Shown: one piece after another, positions 1 through 10,031 of the stretch | How the letters are laid out: the number at the start of each line of letters is the position of its first letter | Numbering within the stretch: the stretch's first letter is position 1 | Source of the DNA: an uncultured Iamiaceae bacterium | GTDB lineage: Bacteria > Actinomycetota > Acidimicrobiia > Acidimicrobiales > SKKL01 | NCBI GenBank assembly: GCA_964494405.1 | Contig: CAZBTQ010000001.1 | Span: 23,510-87,509 of the forward strand | Reading direction: 5' to 3' | Length of the DNA stretch: 64,000 nt | Notes under the pieces: model-generated | Seen by the model: the letters and a program-made list of their open reading frames with translations, nothing else | What the model was told of the DNA's origin: nothing | The model's database searches: none | Position numbers and translations under genes: made by a program

Positions 1-121
1 TGACAATGAAGTAGCTGCAACATCTAGGCAACGAGGTGTAATGGCGATTCAGAATTCTCAGCTCAACATGAGAAACGTTTTGGGCTCAGAGGCATCCGGG
101 ATGCATAGCTATTTCAGTTAA
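1..121 (+). CDS. 3' end of a hypothetical protein (truncated by window start)
   Basis: Frame starting at nt 2 is open (DNEVAATSRQRGVMAIQNSQLNMRNVLGSEASGMHSYFS) to TAA at 119-121, directly upstream of terL. Confidence 0.7.
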   Translation, partial: DNEVAATSRQRGVMAIQNSQLNMRNVLGSEASGMHSYFS

Positions 122-170
122 TGTAAACAACGGGAACCAAATGAAGTATAATGTAACTTGGGTACCATAA

Positions 171-3083
171 ATGAATGTGATATACGATTCTACTGACAAG
201 TTCAGAGAAAATCTAAAAAACAAGACCCCTGATGAACTCAGAGAGATCATTGCGCTTCAAAACCCGGACTTCATTGAAGATATCGATAGAATTGAAAACG
301 TCTTCTCCACTAAACTCATTCACTTAAAGTGGCCAAATGGCGATCCCGTCACTGAACGTAAGGTTACCAAAGATGAACTTATTCTGTTAGTAGATGAACC
401 CTTCACACACTCCCCAGAATTGAATAAACGTGGAGTGACCCTGGCTGAACAGAAACAACTGCACATGGCTAAAGATCCAGTGTTGTTTGCTCGCCATTTT
501 CTTGGCATGGAACCAAGAGCCTATCAAGCCCTAATCCTAAGAGACCCTCATGAGAAAAAGATCCTTCGGACAGGTCGTCGTCTAGGTAAAGCTCTTGACG
601 AGGACGAACTGATCCCAACTCCTGCTGGATTCACTAGGATGGGAGACCTTAAGGTTGGTGATCAGGTTCTAGACGAAAATGGTAAGCCCTGTAACGTAAC
701 CTTCGTGACCCCCACCCAATTAGACCGTCAGTGCTATGAAGTTAAGTTTTCTGATGGCTCAACCGTTATAGCCGATGAAGATCATCAGTTTACAGTCTAT
801 TCTCATCATGTCCGCAATAACATTAATCGTGGGATGCATTCCACCAACACCCCTGAGACGCTAACGGTCAAGCAAATCCTGGAGACATTCGATAAGAATT
901 ACGGGATTCCGGTAACAAAGCCCATCCAATACGAGGCGAAAGAGTATCCTCTCCATCCTTACCTATTGGGTTATTGGCTTGGGAACAAATTCAGCAAAGA
1001 AGACAAGATAACCACATCTGACCCAGAGGTTATTGACTATATCAAAAGCTTGGGATTCAAGGTCATTAGACACCCAGATAATAAATACTATTGGGTAAAA
1101 GGTCTTTGGCAGGAGCTGAACAAACTCAATGTGTTGGATAATAAGCATATCCCACATGAGTATCTGATTGGTTCCGAGGATCAAAGACGAGAACTTCTAG
1201 CCGGGCTTGTTGATGCCAGCGCTGTTGTTGAAGGTAAATCTAGGATAGTTTTCACCAACCAAATCAAGGCATTAGCTGATGACGTACATACGCTAGCCGC
1301 TAGCCTTGGTTATATTGTCAGAGATTCAATCGAAGATATCGTCAAGGGCGAATCTTTTTTCAATGTTGTTGGATTCACGGTTAGCGAACTAGTTTTCCGT
1401 ACGAAAGACCTGAACGACAGATTAGATTTTAATAAGAACGCCAATTTCCTAGATTTTCGCTACTTCAGCTCCATAACCCCAGTCGAAAGCCGCCCCGTTC
1501 GCTGTATTACGGTGGACTCTGAGAATAGTCTTTATCTCGCCACAAAGAATTTCATTCCGACACACAACACGTACACTCTCATCGTCGAGATGTTGCATAA
1601 GTGTTTCATGAACAAAAACTACAAGGTGGTCGTTCTTGCTCCGAGAAAAGTTCAAGTCGAACAGATCTTTGTTGATGCAATCGAGCACCTAGAGGCTTCC
1701 CCTTTACTGGCAAAGAACTTCATCTCAAAAAAGACCCAAAACCCCCATCACCAGATCAAGTTTGCCAATGGGTCCACCATCAAGTTATTCACCACTGGAG
1801 CTAAGTCGGCATCCAAAGCAGACGTTGTTCGTGGGCAGGAAGCTGACATGGTGGTTCTTGACGAAATGGACTATCTCCATCCAGATGACTTCATTGCCAT
1901 CATGGCCCTACTCCAGCAGACCGACAAATACAAGGAAAAGAAGCGCCTGATAGGGGCCTCCACCCCAACTGGACGAAGAGAAATCTATTATGAGTGGTGC
2001 ATTAACCCCCCAAAGGGATTCACTTCATTTTGGTTTCCCTCTTATGTTTCCCCTTTCTGGACTACAGAAATGGAAGAGGAACAGCGATCCTACTATCGCT
2101 CTAAGTTCATGGGCTATAGTCATGAAATTGAAGCTGACTTTGGGGAGAACGCTGAAGGTGTCTATCCTCGTCGCTTTGTCGACCCATGCTTCGTTGAAGA
2201 GCCACAATGGGATTATATGCCGCATATGAACTATCACGATGCCACTTACGTTATCGGAGTTGACTGGAACAAGTTCTCTGCTGGGACGATGATTGTGGTT
2301 TTAGAGATCTTTCCTAGGAAGTTCGGAGCTGAACCCAATTTCCAGAACAAAGTCAGACTCTGCTATCGTGAGGAGATCACCTCAGAGGAATACTCTCTTC
2401 TGTCTGCTGTAGACCGCATTATCGAACTGAACAAGCTATTTTTGCCTAAGCACATTTACGTAGATCAGGGTTATGGTGAAACCCAGTATGAACTATTGAC
2501 GAAGTATGGTGTAGACAATCCGAGCTCAGGCCTCCATAAGAAGGTCAAGGCAATCAACTCTTTGGTCAAAAGTGAGATACGGGATCCAAGAACAGGCGAA
2601 ATGAGCAGAAGACCATATAAATCAATGATGGTCAACAACCTTCGTGATATGATAGAAGAGGAAAGAATTCTTTTCCCGGCCCACGACCAAGATCTATACG
2701 ATGAGCTTAGCGCCTATATTGTGGAAAGATGGTCTGCCAATGGCGAGCCTATCTTCGCTGCAGGCGGCTCTGCTTCAGATCACGTACACGATGCTTTAGC
2801 TCTAGCTGCCCTATCTATTGCAGAGAATTTCTCTCAATTTGCTAAAAAGCGCCAGTTCAAAGCACCAATATCCATTGATATTAATTCATTTGAGGTGGGA
2901 ATCAACAAATCCAAAGAAATAGACGAAACAAGTGAAGATGTGGTAATTGTAGATCAAGGCAAAATGATTAGAAAGTCTGATAGAGGCAAGAGAAAATCCA
3001 TGAGCGGCCACATCATAAGAAACAGAAAGATGTCAGGTGGCTCCAACAGAGCCAACCGCAATGTGAAGCGAAAGATGTTCTAG
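171..3083 (+). CDS. terL: Terminase large subunit, intein-containing (about 644 aa after splicing)
   Basis: Walker A GRRLGK|T interrupted by an intein, VRGQEADMVVLDEMDY Walker B, ASTP coupling motif, nuclease-domain IGVDW and DHVHDALAL. Confidence 0.95.
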   Translation: MNVIYDSTDKFRENLKNKTPDELREIIALQNPDFIEDIDRIENVFSTKLIHLKWPNGDPVTERKVTKDELILLVDEPFTHSPELNKRGVTLAEQKQLHMAKDPVLFARHFLGMEPRAYQALILRDPHEKKILRTGRRLGKALDEDELIPTPAGFTRMGDLKVGDQVLDENGKPCNVTFVTPTQLDRQCYEVKFSDGSTVIADEDHQFTVYSHHVRNNINRGMHSTNTPETLTVKQILETFDKNYGIPVTKPIQYEAKEYPLHPYLLGYWLGNKFSKEDKITTSDPEVIDYIKSLGFKVIRHPDNKYYWVKGLWQELNKLNVLDNKHIPHEYLIGSEDQRRELLAGLVDASAVVEGKSRIVFTNQIKALADDVHTLAASLGYIVRDSIEDIVKGESFFNVVGFTVSELVFRTKDLNDRLDFNKNANFLDFRYFSSITPVESRPVRCITVDSENSLYLATKNFIPTHNTYTLIVEMLHKCFMNKNYKVVVLAPRKVQVEQIFVDAIEHLEASPLLAKNFISKKTQNPHHQIKFANGSTIKLFTTGAKSASKADVVRGQEADMVVLDEMDYLHPDDFIAIMALLQQTDKYKEKKRLIGASTPTGRREIYYEWCINPPKGFTSFWFPSYVSPFWTTEMEEEQRSYYRSKFMGYSHEIEADFGENAEGVYPRRFVDPCFVEEPQWDYMPHMNYHDATYVIGVDWNKFSAGTMIVVLEIFPRKFGAEPNFQNKVRLCYREEITSEEYSLLSAVDRIIELNKLFLPKHIYVDQGYGETQYELLTKYGVDNPSSGLHKKVKAINSLVKSEIRDPRTGEMSRRPYKSMMVNNLRDMIEEERILFPAHDQDLYDELSAYIVERWSANGEPIFAAGGSASDHVHDALALAALSIAENFSQFAKKRQFKAPISIDINSFEVGINKSKEIDETSEDVVIVDQGKMIRKSDRGKRKSMSGHIIRNRKMSGGSNRANRNVKRKMF
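591..1568 (+). mobile_element. Class 3-type (Ala1) intein, 326 aa, with degenerate LAGLIDADG domain, inserted in the TerL Walker A motif
   Basis: Starts ALDEDELIPTPAGF after GRRLGK; block B ADEDHQF; block F VRCITVD; ends FIPTHN followed by +1 Thr; internal PYLLGYWLG and ELLAGLVD helices. Confidence 0.92.
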
Positions 3084-5612
3084 ATGAATGAGTTCAGTTA
3101 TAGTGGGATACCCCCCGAATACAAGCCCACCATAGGTGATTATTCCCCTCGCCCTATAGCAGGGCGATCTGCTATGGATCTGGGTTATCATGACATTAAT
3201 AAGCTGAAGGCGCTCTTGGAGGCTATCCTTACAGCTACCGAAGAAGCAATGTCAACAGCTGCCGATAGTCTCAAGGATTATAACCTTGCTATCAGTAGAG
3301 AGACTAGGTTGCACGAAGCTCAAAATCAAATTTCTACATCAACACCCCCTAATCATGTGTCGTTCTTAGAGTATCAAACCGTTGGAAATTTGAAGCACCG
3401 TGCAGCGAGCTATGTAAGAAGTGAATATGAAAAAAGTATCCGTAATCCTGGTGGAACTAACGCCATGGATGTCTACAATATAGCTTCCATCATCAATGAG
3501 GAAGCAAAAAACATATCTACATTTTTAAACATCTATATAGGAGATATTAATGACACATCGGAATACAGGACGATCGAACTCTTTCAAGACTGGGCAGAAG
3601 AAGCGCTTAAGCATACGGGGGCACTCGGGTACTTCCTCGCGCAAAGAGACAAAAAGCGCAACCAGCTCGGAAAATATGAAGTGGATCAACTCAATTCCGA
3701 AACAGCAAAACAGTACCAGGCTGTTTTTCAAGCTAAATTAAACGTCATCAACCAACAGTTTGATATAGCTTACACTGGGTTTAAAAAAGATTTCAGTTTC
3801 TTGTCCAATGTGTTTTACACTAAAGTGCTGGGTCCAGCATTACAGTTCAGAACAAAAATAATGAAGGACGTGGAACCAAAGAACGCTTCGGATATTTCCA
3901 AGACGACTTTGGGACAAGAGATTTTGTCTGCGACAGCATCACTCAACGCAAACATGGCTGGGGCGTTGGGTGATGTGCTTCGTCGTAATCAGAACTACCA
4001 AGAGAGAGCTGATAAGCTATTCGGTTTAATGCAGGCCCGTTCGGCCTATATCAATTACATCGAACAGCTGGGTGGGCCTGGTCAGACTGTATCTTCCAAC
4101 TTCTTGGCTTCCAATGTGGTGGCTTCTGTATCAGAAGAAGATTTTAGTTCTCCAATTGACAACACCCTACCCTATCGGTCTTCACATGCCCTACTGGATG
4201 GGGTCGAAGAACCTGACGCTCACTCTCAATATATTCTAAGGGATGGCGGCAGTGTTTTAAGTGACCTGTATGTTGAGGACGGAGTGAAGATTGACGGGAT
4301 GTCAATTTCAAAACACTCCCACAAAGGGATTGATATTGACGGTTCGGAGCAAATATCTGGAGCAGATATAGAACCAGGGTCAATTTATTCAGAGCTGATG
4401 TCCTCTGTTAATACTAGTCCGGAGCCATCGGAGCTAGCCATCGCAGATCAAAGAACCAGAATACGCCAAGGTGTAGTTGCCGTAGATACCACTTTCAATT
4501 GGGATCAAAGTCCGAATGAACGGTTCGAACTACAAATCGTTCCATATAGCCCTGGAACAGGAATAGAGCCCTACGCCTTTGATTATATTGAACACAACTA
4601 CGCCATCTATCACCTATCTACTGAAGACTCCAACTTTATGAGCTTTAGGGATGTTGGTTCAGGTAACGTAACCGTACTTGATGCAAGTGGCTCCATTCGC
4701 GTCCATGAGATCAGTGAAGAAAGGGTTTTCGAATCAGCGACACCTTCAGATAACGAGAACCTACTGCCCTTTAGTGAGGACGGGTTAGTTCTATATCCTG
4801 GGGCAATCGAGGTTGGCAATGAGTTGTTTTACATCAATCCTTTGAACGGAATCTATGTCGCCCCGCTGCTTGAGAACAGGTCCGAACTGATCCACCAGAA
4901 TCAACTATTCATTTCAGGTGACCTACGACAATACAGACAATCATTGGCGCTTACATACAATCCGTTGGATAAGCACCTTTATTGGTTTGATGTGCTCTAT
5001 TCATTTGATGATGATTCAGATCAGTTCATAAACTCATACTCGTTACAGTTGATGTGTTACGACACTCAGTTGAGGAAAGCTAAATTAATTAGGACTGTGA
5101 CGGGTATAGACAAGGGTTTGGTGAACGAAGATTTCATTTTCTTGCCGATTTACGGGTCGTACATTCTGAATAACCATATGTATCTCTGTGTTCGTAATGG
5201 TACTGTAAATAGGGAGATCAATGGTGTGTCTTTTGAGGACCTCAACACATCTATGCTGCGGGTGGACATCGGTAGTGGTTCAATTGTCGAGTTAGAAGGT
5301 TTTTCCTCTGTTGAAAACAACCTCCTCTACTCCATGTTCAAAGTGGATGATGATCTTTATGCTCAAGCTAAGGATGTTTTGATGTTGGACTATGTTGATG
5401 ACCAATCCATAAACCCCTCCGACGCAAATAGAGCTGTCGTTAAGTTTGTTCTTGATGGAGATTCAGTCTCCTTTGAACCCCGATACCTCTCTAATATTGG
5501 GTCAGGGGACTCACTGGTTGCAGTGACCGCTGATGATTATGGTAATATATACCATAATGTTCGGCGAGAAAACTCGTTTTTGATTCAAAGGGCAACTGTC
5601 AATGGCATCTAG
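3084..5612 (+). CDS. Putative virion structural protein (842 aa)
   Basis: Long ORF abutting terL; helical N-terminal half, beta-rich C-terminal half; position in morphogenesis cluster; no family recognised. Confidence 0.6.
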   Translation: MNEFSYSGIPPEYKPTIGDYSPRPIAGRSAMDLGYHDINKLKALLEAILTATEEAMSTAADSLKDYNLAISRETRLHEAQNQISTSTPPNHVSFLEYQTVGNLKHRAASYVRSEYEKSIRNPGGTNAMDVYNIASIINEEAKNISTFLNIYIGDINDTSEYRTIELFQDWAEEALKHTGALGYFLAQRDKKRNQLGKYEVDQLNSETAKQYQAVFQAKLNVINQQFDIAYTGFKKDFSFLSNVFYTKVLGPALQFRTKIMKDVEPKNASDISKTTLGQEILSATASLNANMAGALGDVLRRNQNYQERADKLFGLMQARSAYINYIEQLGGPGQTVSSNFLASNVVASVSEEDFSSPIDNTLPYRSSHALLDGVEEPDAHSQYILRDGGSVLSDLYVEDGVKIDGMSISKHSHKGIDIDGSEQISGADIEPGSIYSELMSSVNTSPEPSELAIADQRTRIRQGVVAVDTTFNWDQSPNERFELQIVPYSPGTGIEPYAFDYIEHNYAIYHLSTEDSNFMSFRDVGSGNVTVLDASGSIRVHEISEERVFESATPSDNENLLPFSEDGLVLYPGAIEVGNELFYINPLNGIYVAPLLENRSELIHQNQLFISGDLRQYRQSLALTYNPLDKHLYWFDVLYSFDDDSDQFINSYSLQLMCYDTQLRKAKLIRTVTGIDKGLVNEDFIFLPIYGSYILNNHMYLCVRNGTVNREINGVSFEDLNTSMLRVDIGSGSIVELEGFSSVENNLLYSMFKVDDDLYAQAKDVLMLDYVDDQSINPSDANRAVVKFVLDGDSVSFEPRYLSNIGSGDSLVAVTADDYGNIYHNVRRENSFLIQRATVNGI

Positions 5613-6567
5613 ATGGTGGAACCATAATTACTCCTTTAGAAGAAAACTGACGTTTACCAACGTGGATCAAACGCTCCCGGCTGGTCACGTGATGTCGTTT
5701 AATGTCCCCCAATCGCTGATTGAACAGGGGAAGTTCGTTCCTGAGGACAGAAATCTGGCTGTTGTGTTCTTCCACAAGTCGATAGCTAAAGTAATTAATG
5801 CTCGAATCACTCAAGATCTAGATGGCAATTATATGGTTTTTTTTCCTACTTTTGTCACGATTCAACCAAATACTGTCAGTGAAGATTATTATCTTTATTA
5901 CGGGGCAGATCACGATCACTTAGTGGTGGAAAATGACTGGGTAGTTCCAGGCAACCCACCTGTCTATAGGGTGGTCTTAAAGGAGCTAGATTCCGGAGAA
6001 AGCATTTCATACACCAACCCATCAGAAGATTGGCGTTTCGTACAGATGTCTTCGACAGAAACTTATGCAGCAAGTGTTGTTCCAGGAGCCAAGCTAGCAC
6101 TTAACTTTTACGCCGAAGAGATAAAATTCGATTTCATCAGTTACTGGAACACTGGCATCTTGGAAGCTCAGGTAGATGAAAGTGACTGGATTGAAATAGA
6201 TACCGTATCAGAAGATGGGTCCTTGCAGAAAAAGTCTGTTATTTTCACAGACCTGGACGATTCATTACACACATTAAGAATCGTGAACAAAGGAGAGTAT
6301 AGACCCAACTATCTTATTGGGGAATTAGCCACTCCAGATCAAGCTACTCCAATAACCGCTACCCCGGATACCGCCACACCAGATACGGCAACTCCATCGA
6401 CCAATTCTATGTTAGATGAATTCCTGGAGGAGCACTACCGACGGGGCGCTATTGTGATTCAGAGCATCGAGTACGACCGGTATCATCGAGCCGTTGTTCA
6501 AGTCGAAGAGGCTGACGAGTCCTTGCCCTGGAACTCTAAGATTGGTGGCGTGATCAATGTCGGATAA
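5602..6567 (+). CDS. Putative virion protein with (ATP-x-x)5 repeat
   Basis: Overlaps neighbours; N-terminal WWNHNYSFRRKLTF typical of beta-sandwich virion domains; ATPDQATPITATPDTATPDTATPS tract. Confidence 0.6.
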   Translation: MASRWWNHNYSFRRKLTFTNVDQTLPAGHVMSFNVPQSLIEQGKFVPEDRNLAVVFFHKSIAKVINARITQDLDGNYMVFFPTFVTIQPNTVSEDYYLYYGADHDHLVVENDWVVPGNPPVYRVVLKELDSGESISYTNPSEDWRFVQMSSTETYAASVVPGAKLALNFYAEEIKFDFISYWNTGILEAQVDESDWIEIDTVSEDGSLQKKSVIFTDLDDSLHTLRIVNKGEYRPNYLIGELATPDQATPITATPDTATPDTATPSTNSMLDEFLEEHYRRGAIVIQSIEYDRYHRAVVQVEEADESLPWNSKIGGVINVG

Positions 6568-8086
6568 ATCAAGAGTCTCGACTACCCATACGGGGCTTAC
6601 TCCAGATACAAAATATATAGCTAGAGTTCGTAGCTTTGACAAGTTAGGGAACCCAACAGAATGGGCAGATGCGGTTGTCTTTACAACCCCCTCTATTGAT
6701 GAAAATATTTATATCCCTGACGATAATTCAGCCCCCGCAACTCCAGCCAACGTAGTCATCAAAACGGCCTTTAAGGCTGTTAGAGTTTCTTGGGATCCCA
6801 ATACCGAAATCGATATGGTGAACGGTTACGGGAAGTATATTGTTCAACTTGATTTTACAGGTCACTTCCTATTCCCAAGAGAATATGAAACTACAGACCC
6901 TCATTTGGTTGACGTCAACTCCGAATTCACTCCGGGGTTACCTCTCTTTACAAGAGTTAGAGCAGAAGACGCCCATGGAAATCAAAGCGATTGGTCTTCC
7001 GTTGTTATGGACACCCTTCTCTGGAACGATACTGAAGACCTGGTTTCTGATTTGGTATTAGAACCAGGTCAGTCCATTAGCTCAGCTAACTGGGATGGTA
7101 TGGGTCAGATTGATTTGGATGACCCGAATAGTATTGGGACTCAGGGGTTTCGCTTTCAAGCTGATGGAGTAGGGGTGCTTACCGACGCCTTGATTCGTGG
7201 AGTGGTAGAAGCAGACACTTTCAGAACCAGACCAGATTTCACAACTGGTGGTGGTATCGAAATTAATACAACCGATGTTGGGGCGAATGTAATTCTCTTC
7301 CGTAGGCCAGGAACACTTGAGGCCACCCCCGCTCACTTGTTGTCCGATGTCGATAGTGCTACTCCGGCTTATAACTCGCTGGAGATGAAGGGTCCAGGAT
7401 CCGACACAACGTCTCCTTACCTTTGGCTTGGTCACCATATAGCCTCTCAAACACCATATATCAGTATGGCATCTAAGAATTCAAGTAATGGTTCTGGAGA
7501 TATCAAAATTGAGGCGGGACCAACATCTGGTGTGGTTCGTCTTTTGGCTCAAGACGTAACCTTAAACCACGTTTCAATAATGCGTCCGCCACTTTTCATC
7601 GGGTCTGGGTCAAGCGACCTCAACCCCCCGGAAGGCCATTATTCCACAATTTCCAGCGGAGATTCTTGGAGTAAATTAAATCACACAGTTGTCTTCGTCC
7701 AGAATGGATATAAAGTTACTGGTGGTGGTTTGCCTAGATTTGGAATCCCGTCTACAGGAGCGGCATTAAATTACAACGCAGGCACTCAGCGATATACGCC
7801 AGGGGTTGCTGGAGTGTGGTCGATAACCGCGTCCTATTGGTGGTTCCCCACCGGTGGTGGTGGATTCGTAGCCCATATGGGTTTCGATTACATTTCAATC
7901 AACACGGGGCTTGTAACTGATTATGAAGCTGGTGGCCTTATTGGAACCAAGAGCCAATGTTCAATAATGCTTCCATTTAACGGAACAACAGATTACGTTT
8001 CTCCAGTAGTCCAACAATTTTCTGGCACGAACCAGAAGTGCCTCCTGTTCCGTCTTACATTTAAGTGGGAGAGCGCACTTCCCTGA
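6557..8086 (+). CDS. Fibronectin type III-like domain virion/tail protein
   Basis: GLTPDTKYIARVRSFDKLGN and TRVRAEDAHGNQSDWS are FN3-like signatures. Confidence 0.65.
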   Translation: MSDKSRVSTTHTGLTPDTKYIARVRSFDKLGNPTEWADAVVFTTPSIDENIYIPDDNSAPATPANVVIKTAFKAVRVSWDPNTEIDMVNGYGKYIVQLDFTGHFLFPREYETTDPHLVDVNSEFTPGLPLFTRVRAEDAHGNQSDWSSVVMDTLLWNDTEDLVSDLVLEPGQSISSANWDGMGQIDLDDPNSIGTQGFRFQADGVGVLTDALIRGVVEADTFRTRPDFTTGGGIEINTTDVGANVILFRRPGTLEATPAHLLSDVDSATPAYNSLEMKGPGSDTTSPYLWLGHHIASQTPYISMASKNSSNGSGDIKIEAGPTSGVVRLLAQDVTLNHVSIMRPPLFIGSGSSDLNPPEGHYSTISSGDSWSKLNHTVVFVQNGYKVTGGGLPRFGIPSTGAALNYNAGTQRYTPGVAGVWSITASYWWFPTGGGGFVAHMGFDYISINTGLVTDYEAGGLIGTKSQCSIMLPFNGTTDYVSPVVQQFSGTNQKCLLFRLTFKWESALP

Positions 8087-8132
8087 TGAGTGGGGAAAAT
8101 CTTTTTAGTATCTACTAAAGAATTAGGTAAAT

Positions 8133-9773
8133 ATGAATATAAAACCATTCTTTCCATCAAGAACCAGGGAGCTTTCACCGCCGAACCATGGGGTAGAAAC
8201 CAATGAGGTCTCTTTGCCTACCCTAAAAAAGAAGACTAACTTAGGTAGATTGTTCAAGGTGGCCTCCAAAGCGTTGAGTGTCAACAACTCTGGTTTCAAT
8301 CTTTCTGTTCGAACCAATATTTTTGAAGAACCCGAATATGATTTTGAGCAGATCATGCAAGCCATTGATACCGACTCTTACTGCCAGCAAGCCTTTAACA
8401 AGTATCAAGAGTTGATGTGGAAATCCGGCTGGGAAATCGTTGGAGAAAACGAAGAAGCCGTCACCTACTTGAAGAAGCGGATTGCGCTTATTGAAGCGAC
8501 GATGAATAGGCCTTTCACGTCTTTCCTGAAAGATGTGACTGACCATTTTGTAAAGTTTCATAACGCTTTTATAGTGAAGCACCGGGCAGATATACAGCAA
8601 TATCTGACTCACCCTATTGATACCTATTCTCAGACCAATCCAATCATTGGCTATTACCTTATTCCACCCCAGACCGTTTCAGTACAGCGCAATAACAAAA
8701 ATATCCCTCTGGCCTATAAACAAAGACTAGATAGCAACATTGGTTTCGGCAGAGGGGCGACTGAAGATCCAAAATGGAAGGCAGACGATGTCATCCACAT
8801 CCACTCCAACAGGAAAACTGGACATATCTATGGAACACCATTCGTTGTTGCTGTTTTGGATGATATTATCTCACTGCGTTCCATGGAACAGGACATCTTA
8901 AACCTCTCTCACCGAGAGCTTTTCCCCATTCTAAAATACATGCTGACAGATGTAGATCAAGACGATCCGGCCGCTGAGGTCATTGATCAGATCATCGATC
9001 AGCTTGAAAACATGAGAACAGAGGGAAGCCTTCTTCTGCCTCCGGGACATGATGTTGGTGTTGTCGGGTCTGAAGGGGAAGCCCTAGATGTCTCTGACTA
9101 CCTAAACCACTTCAAAGAAAGGGTGGCAGCTGGTCTCGGTGTGTTCCCTCACCACCTCGGCATGGTTTCTTTTGCGGGTGGAAACCGAGACATGACCGAC
9201 CGTCTAGATCAAGCTTTGTATGACCGGATCAAGTCGTACCAAAGAGAGATAGAGAGATCGATTACTTTTTATTTCTTCAACGAACTATTACTTGATGGTG
9301 GGTTCGATCCATATAGTAATCTCACTGGTGCTGCGTCGGATTCATGCCGGTTCCGATTCAAAGAAATTGATACGGACGCCAAGGTCAAAGAGCAGTCGCA
9401 TATCCTTTCTCTGTTCACGGGAGGACTTTATTCAAGAGCTGAGACTCGTGTAAAGCTTGGTGAGCTACCCGAAATAGATGAAGAGGATACCATACAGGTC
9501 ATCAATGCGAAGATAGCTCTTCGCTACACGCCTACCCCATCAGTGGATCCGTTAACCAATAAGCAAACACCTTCAACAGGTGGTAGTCGTAATCCTAAAA
9601 ACCTAGGTAAGGGGACGGGTAACCAAGTCCGACCCCAAAACCAAAATGGTAGAAACACATCACCCAACATAAGACAGAGCGATAAGGCTTTACCCATCAA
9701 AGAATTAGACCCGGAAGAGGTAAGTCTGATAGAATGGTACCTAGAAGACATTAAGGATGACGACAGTGAATAA
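8133..9773 (+). CDS. Portal protein
   Basis: 546 aa; DVIHIH...GHIYGTP, VAAGLGVFPHHLG and SRAETRVKLG match portal motifs; lies between terL and head genes. Confidence 0.85.
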   Translation: MNIKPFFPSRTRELSPPNHGVETNEVSLPTLKKKTNLGRLFKVASKALSVNNSGFNLSVRTNIFEEPEYDFEQIMQAIDTDSYCQQAFNKYQELMWKSGWEIVGENEEAVTYLKKRIALIEATMNRPFTSFLKDVTDHFVKFHNAFIVKHRADIQQYLTHPIDTYSQTNPIIGYYLIPPQTVSVQRNNKNIPLAYKQRLDSNIGFGRGATEDPKWKADDVIHIHSNRKTGHIYGTPFVVAVLDDIISLRSMEQDILNLSHRELFPILKYMLTDVDQDDPAAEVIDQIIDQLENMRTEGSLLLPPGHDVGVVGSEGEALDVSDYLNHFKERVAAGLGVFPHHLGMVSFAGGNRDMTDRLDQALYDRIKSYQREIERSITFYFFNELLLDGGFDPYSNLTGAASDSCRFRFKEIDTDAKVKEQSHILSLFTGGLYSRAETRVKLGELPEIDEEDTIQVINAKIALRYTPTPSVDPLTNKQTPSTGGSRNPKNLGKGTGNQVRPQNQNGRNTSPNIRQSDKALPIKELDPEEVSLIEWYLEDIKDDDSE

Positions 9774-10026
9774 AAGACCACTTATAAACAACAGACAGTC
9801 CCGCAAGCGCCCCTATGAGCTAAACCCTGATACGGCAGCTGGCTTTGAGTTTGCAGTAGAGACAAATCAGACAATGATGGCTCTTCAGTATGCCCAGATA
9901 ATCATCAAGGATCTCTTGGAAAGAGTTGCTGTCTTGGAATCAGAGAAGCCTGAATCAGCTGCAGCAGCTAAGTCACCTACTCGCCGTCAGCCCAAGAAGG
10001 TAGAAAACGAATCTGATTCGGAATAA
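9757..10026 (+). CDS. Hypothetical protein
   Basis: 89-aa ORF overlapping the portal stop, AAGGA upstream. Confidence 0.6.
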   Translation: MTTVNKRPLINNRQSRKRPYELNPDTAAGFEFAVETNQTMMALQYAQIIIKDLLERVAVLESEKPESAAAAKSPTRRQPKKVENESDSE

Positions 10027-10031
10027 TTCTA

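Noticed and set aside
6328-6396. Short tandem DNA repeat or mini-CRISPR
   Set aside because: Repetition is at peptide level with varied codons; no constant repeat-spacer structure. No CRISPR array or tRNA was recognised anywhere in the window.
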